Shown one piece after another: positions 34,506 to 37,535 of a stretch of 37,535 nucleotides of DNA (the stretch's first letter is position 1; each line of letters opens with the position of its first letter). Location: the IMG/VR virus record IMGVR_UViG_3300026885_000046, positions 1 to 37,535 of that record; one strand, given 5' to 3'. The notes beneath the pieces were generated by a model that saw only the letters and a program-made list of their open reading frames with translations, was not told where the DNA came from and did not search any database. The translations under genes and the position numbers were made by a program.

Positions 34506-35258
34506 AACAAAGGAATTTCTCAATAATTTCACCTTTGCACACCAGCAAGGGAGTACCTTTAGATTTAGATAATGTATAATATGCACGGTAGCAAAGTCCT
34601 TACTTAATAATGGACAGCATGCACATCAGCAAATAAGGATGTCAATAAATACAAATCTGCACAACAGCAAGATCATTACTCAATAAGGGGCAACATGCAC
34701 ATAAATATAGAAGGACTCAACAAACTCACTGTTGCACAGAAGCAAGCCTTTTACTCACTAATAATCGAAATGCACATAAGCAAGAAACTAACTCAATAAA
34801 GTAACTCTTGCATATAAGCAACAAATATCGTCAATAAAAAGTTGGATGCACACAAGCAAACAAGGCATTTAATAATTGAAATCTTGCACATAAGCAAGAA
34901 AACCTCTTAATAATATGTAGACTGCACATAAGCAACAAAAATGATCAATAATGTATATTCTGCACACTAGCAAGAAAAATATTCAATAAACTCCGCACTG
35001 CACACAAGCAAGAGCAAGAATCAATAAGTCTAATCTTGCACACTAGCAAGATCTGCACAGTAGCAAAAGTGGTGATCTAATAATCGCTCTATTGCACATA
35101 AGCAAGAAAAAAGTTCAATAAAATTTAAAATGCACACTAGCAATAAAGCGATTCCATAATTTAGCTATTACACATCAGCAAAATTGTTAATTTGATAAAA
35201 GTAATATTGCACACCAGCAAGGGGTTATTTCAATAAGGCGTCCCGTGCACATCAGCAA
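34506..35258 (+). ncRNA. TIGR-like dual-repeat guide-RNA array 1 (20 edge repeats, 38-nt period)
   Basis: TGCACAnnAGCAA at 34536, 34582, 34620, 34658, 34696, 34733, 34771, 34809, 34847, 34885, 34923, 34961, 34999, 35037, 35054, 35093, 35131, 35169, 35208, 35246; loop TCAATAA; paired 9-nt spacers. Confidence 0.92.
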
Positions 35259-35268
35259 AGGATATTAA

Positions 35269-35817
35269 TCAAAGGGAGAACGTAGCGGACTCAAGGATAC
35301 AGTTAATTTTTGTAAAGTATAACCTCTCGTTCTTGAAAACAACGTTTAGTGTCTTATACAAATCTGCAAGGGAGAAACGGTAATGCGGATATATTAACTC
35401 AGCTTTATAATATACAGCACATTCTCCGAAATCATCTTTAAAGAAAGAGGGTAAAACGGGGACATTCCCGAACGTTATCCCGGCGTATATATAACCGACG
35501 TTTATCCCCTCCTCAAGGTAAATATACCAGTTACCCAAATACAGTGCGTTGATATTCTTCACCACATACGGTTTTTCGATTGGTGCCATTACGTTATTTG
35601 TCCACCTCTTCAACGGTTCCGTTTTCGCGTCTTCCGAAACGATAAAGGCGTTAATAAACGACTTCGGCAGGACATCAACAACCGGTGGGACGTACTCTTT
35701 TCCCTCCCTTTCCGCAATTAATCGTGAGATCGTAACCTTCTGAGGCTGACCGTTTTTATAAGCAAACTCCCCTTTCAACACTTTTTCAACTACGTCCTTA
35801 AACATCATCCTGATCAC
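35269..35817 (-). CDS. Hypothetical protein
   Basis: 182-aa ORF in an operon with the ATPase. Confidence 0.7.
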   Translation of the reverse strand: MIRMMFKDVVEKVLKGEFAYKNGQPQKVTISRLIAEREGKEYVPPVVDVLPKSFINAFIVSEDAKTEPLKRWTNNVMAPIEKPYVVKNINALYLGNWYIYLEEGINVGYIYAGITFGNVPVLPSFFKDDFGECAVYYKAELIYPHYRFSLADLYKTLNVVFKNERLYFTKINCILESATFSL

Positions 35818-36574
35818 CTTCTAAGCTAAACCTCTGTATCCTTTCTTCGATAACTTTCCTCCTCTTCTCCATCATTTCCTTCCATATTTCGTCGGGCATC
35901 CTCAGGTTCTTGATAAAGTAAAACATCACCGGAGTGTCGATCTCCTTCAATGTTCCGGAACGGGTTGACGCTACTTCCCTCCTCGTGAAGATCACTTTTC
36001 CTTCCTTTTTCACTTGCACTCTCCAGGTCGCAATGTCACGGAAGAACTTTGCGACACCTATGAGTCTTGGGACGGTGAAAATGATTAACGATATGAAGTC
36101 CTTAACATACACGAAGGCGTCAAAGAGTTCAAGCATCTTCCTCTTCTCCTTAGCACTCCTCATGTTCCAAGTCGATGATAGTCCCACTGCAGAAGGGTCG
36201 TCGAAGAGTACAACGTCATACCGTTGCCCGTCCCTAATGTTCTCCAGTAGCTGTTTTAGGTCATCAACGTCAAACACCACTCTTCTCCTGACTTCCTTCA
36301 CGTCCTCATATACGTAAAGCATCGATTGAATCACGTAACTAGTCTTACCGCTCCCCGGCTCCCCGTAGACAATCACCTCGTCGTGCGTGTAGTAGTCCTT
36401 CTGTTTGACAGCGTTACTTATGAACCAGACGAGGGGGTTGTAATGGAAATCGTTAGCCAACTGTGATAGGACGTTCCACCCCTCCCCCCTGGTTTGCGGT
36501 ACCATAATTTTCTGGTAAATAGGTAGTAAAACGTTATAATAGCTGTGATAGTCTTCTAACCTCATCGTAACCAC
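35798..36574 (-). CDS. P-loop ATPase (possible packaging/assembly ATPase)
   Basis: Walker A GEPGSGKT, Walker B VVLFDD. Confidence 0.82.
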   Translation of the reverse strand: MVTMRLEDYHSYYNVLLPIYQKIMVPQTRGEGWNVLSQLANDFHYNPLVWFISNAVKQKDYYTHDEVIVYGEPGSGKTSYVIQSMLYVYEDVKEVRRRVVFDVDDLKQLLENIRDGQRYDVVLFDDPSAVGLSSTWNMRSAKEKRKMLELFDAFVYVKDFISLIIFTVPRLIGVAKFFRDIATWRVQVKKEGKVIFTRREVASTRSGTLKEIDTPVMFYFIKNLRMPDEIWKEMMEKRRKVIEERIQRFSLEGDQDDV

Positions 36575-36728
36575 CCAGACATTCTACGAGTTTACTTCTC
36601 CTTCTTTCGCCCGTCTCAAGAAACATTACAATGTTGTTTACCTCTTCTTCGTTAACATAGTCTATGCATTCTTCCTTCATTTCATCAACAAGTAGGCGTT
36701 CAAGTATTCTGTTTATCTTCTCCTGCAT
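36534..36728 (-). CDS. Hypothetical protein
   Basis: GGTGA RBS, 64 aa. Confidence 0.65.
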   Translation of the reverse strand: MQEKINRILERLLVDEMKEECIDYVNEEEVNNIVMFLETGERRRSKLVECLGGYDEVRRLSQLL

Positions 36729-36742
36729 TCTTAATCACCGTC

Positions 36743-36991
36743 CTAACTACCTTTATTCTCAGGACGCGGTTTAACTAGTTTCGTTACTCTTACTATCCTT
36801 ATCAACGCAAGAAGAGAGACTATGCTACTTACCGCAAGAGACGCTATAGAGTCGTAAAGGTAGGAAAGCACTGCTAGAGCTATACCTAATAACGCGAAAA
36901 GTATTTCGAAGTACACGATAGGCAGGTATCGTTTCTCTGTTATAACGTATACTATCAGCAACATTGCGGAGATAAACTCGAGTATCACCAT
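36743..36991 (-). CDS. Small three-TM membrane protein
   Basis: Hydrophobic, 82 aa. Confidence 0.7.
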   Translation of the reverse strand: MVILEFISAMLLIVYVITEKRYLPIVYFEILFALLGIALAVLSYLYDSIASLAVSSIVSLLALIRIVRVTKLVKPRPENKGS

Positions 36992-37353
36992 ATGTTCACC
37001 CCTACATTGGGATAGATAACACTTTCGCTAACTGCGATCTCGCTTAATATTTCAACCAACAGTTTTAACGTCCTCTCCATATAATCGTCGATACCTTCTC
37101 CTTCCTTCCTTTCAAGTTCTCTCATTATTTCGTTTATACCCTTCCCCGTCTTCTTTGTAATGTAGTCGGTCTTGTCCATGTGCATTAAGAGTGACTTGGT
37201 TGCACTCACAACGACAAGGAATGAGGCTTTACGTTGAGGGAAGGCTATGCTGTAGTTGTTTATTTCGTGAACAATTTTGTTGAGAAGATGAGTCGCAAAC
37301 TCTCTGTAAGTCCTTAACGGAGTTAACTCAATACCGTTTACTCCGGCTGACAT
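36985..37353 (-). CDS. Hypothetical protein
   Basis: GGTGA RBS, 122 aa. Confidence 0.7.
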   Translation of the reverse strand: MSAGVNGIELTPLRTYREFATHLLNKIVHEINNYSIAFPQRKASFLVVVSATKSLLMHMDKTDYITKKTGKGINEIMRELERKEGEGIDDYMERTLKLLVEILSEIAVSESVIYPNVGVNIW

Positions 37354-37535
37354 TCCTCATCACCGTTTACCGTGAGTAGGTATATGTTACTGTTCTTTCC
37401 CTTCATCATCTTAATGCACTTTAGCCTGCTCAGTATGCTCTTCACACGTTGTTTCACTTCCGGTGGTAACGCGTCGTTCATTTTCGTGTAAAGTACTATG
37501 TCGTCTTCATCGTAGTAAACGTCGAAAGGGTATGA
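37338..37535 (-). CDS. Partial CDS (…FDVYYDEDDIVLYTKMNDALPPEVK…CQPE*)
   Basis: Open from the window edge to TAA at 37340-37338. Confidence 0.6.
   Translation of the reverse strand, partial: SYPFDVYYDEDDIVLYTKMNDALPPEVKQRVKSILSRLKCIKMMKGKNSNIYLLTVNGDEECQPE

Larger units (their letters stand above)
1..37535. mobile_element. Archaeal (Sulfolobales-type) virus/provirus genome, large fragment
   Basis: Integrase, helicases, RHH/C2H2 regulators, TFB homolog and many small membrane ORFs; dense packing with overlapping start/stop codons; no housekeeping operons. Confidence 0.85.

Noticed and set aside
34506-35258. CRISPR array
   Set aside because: Two alternating short repeats (13 and 7 nt) with 9-nt spacers, and no cas genes; does not fit CRISPR geometry
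1-37535. Complete circular genome or terminal repeats
   Set aside because: The ends cut two different genes on opposite strands and share no visible repeat

Overview
The window looks like most of the genome of an archaeal virus or provirus of a Sulfolobales-type host. Support: leaderless TATA promoters, GGTG ribosome-binding sites, a crenarchaeal-type TFB, RHH and C2H2 regulators and small two-TM capsid-like proteins. Both ends cut through genes. Left half: SAM methyltransferase, tyrosine integrase, a 1410-aa Q-rich protein, a 1330-aa adhesin-like protein, membrane proteins, HAD phosphatase, CDC48-like AAA ATPase, GT-C glycosyltransferase and an acyltransferase-3. Right half: XPD/DinG-like helicase, an AAA+ helicase/initiator carrying embedded DNA iterons, regulators, a viral TFB, an N6-adenine MTase and a P-loop ATPase. 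The main discovery is a TIGR-Tas-like RNA-guided system. A nuclease-less IS110/Nop-domain protein with two zinc-ribbon insertions (33470-34501) is followed directly by an array with a 38-nt period: TGCACAnnAGCAA + 9-nt spacer + TCAATAA + 9-nt spacer, 20 edge repeats, 34506-35258. A second, orphan array with the same repeats and different spacers lies about 12 kb away on the minus strand (21481-21759). Also seen: a dispersed GC-rich palindromic repeat family (once in-frame inside a gene), a shared T-rich promoter class and a possible (CA)n phase switch in the MTase. All functional calls come from motif reading only; no searches were run.
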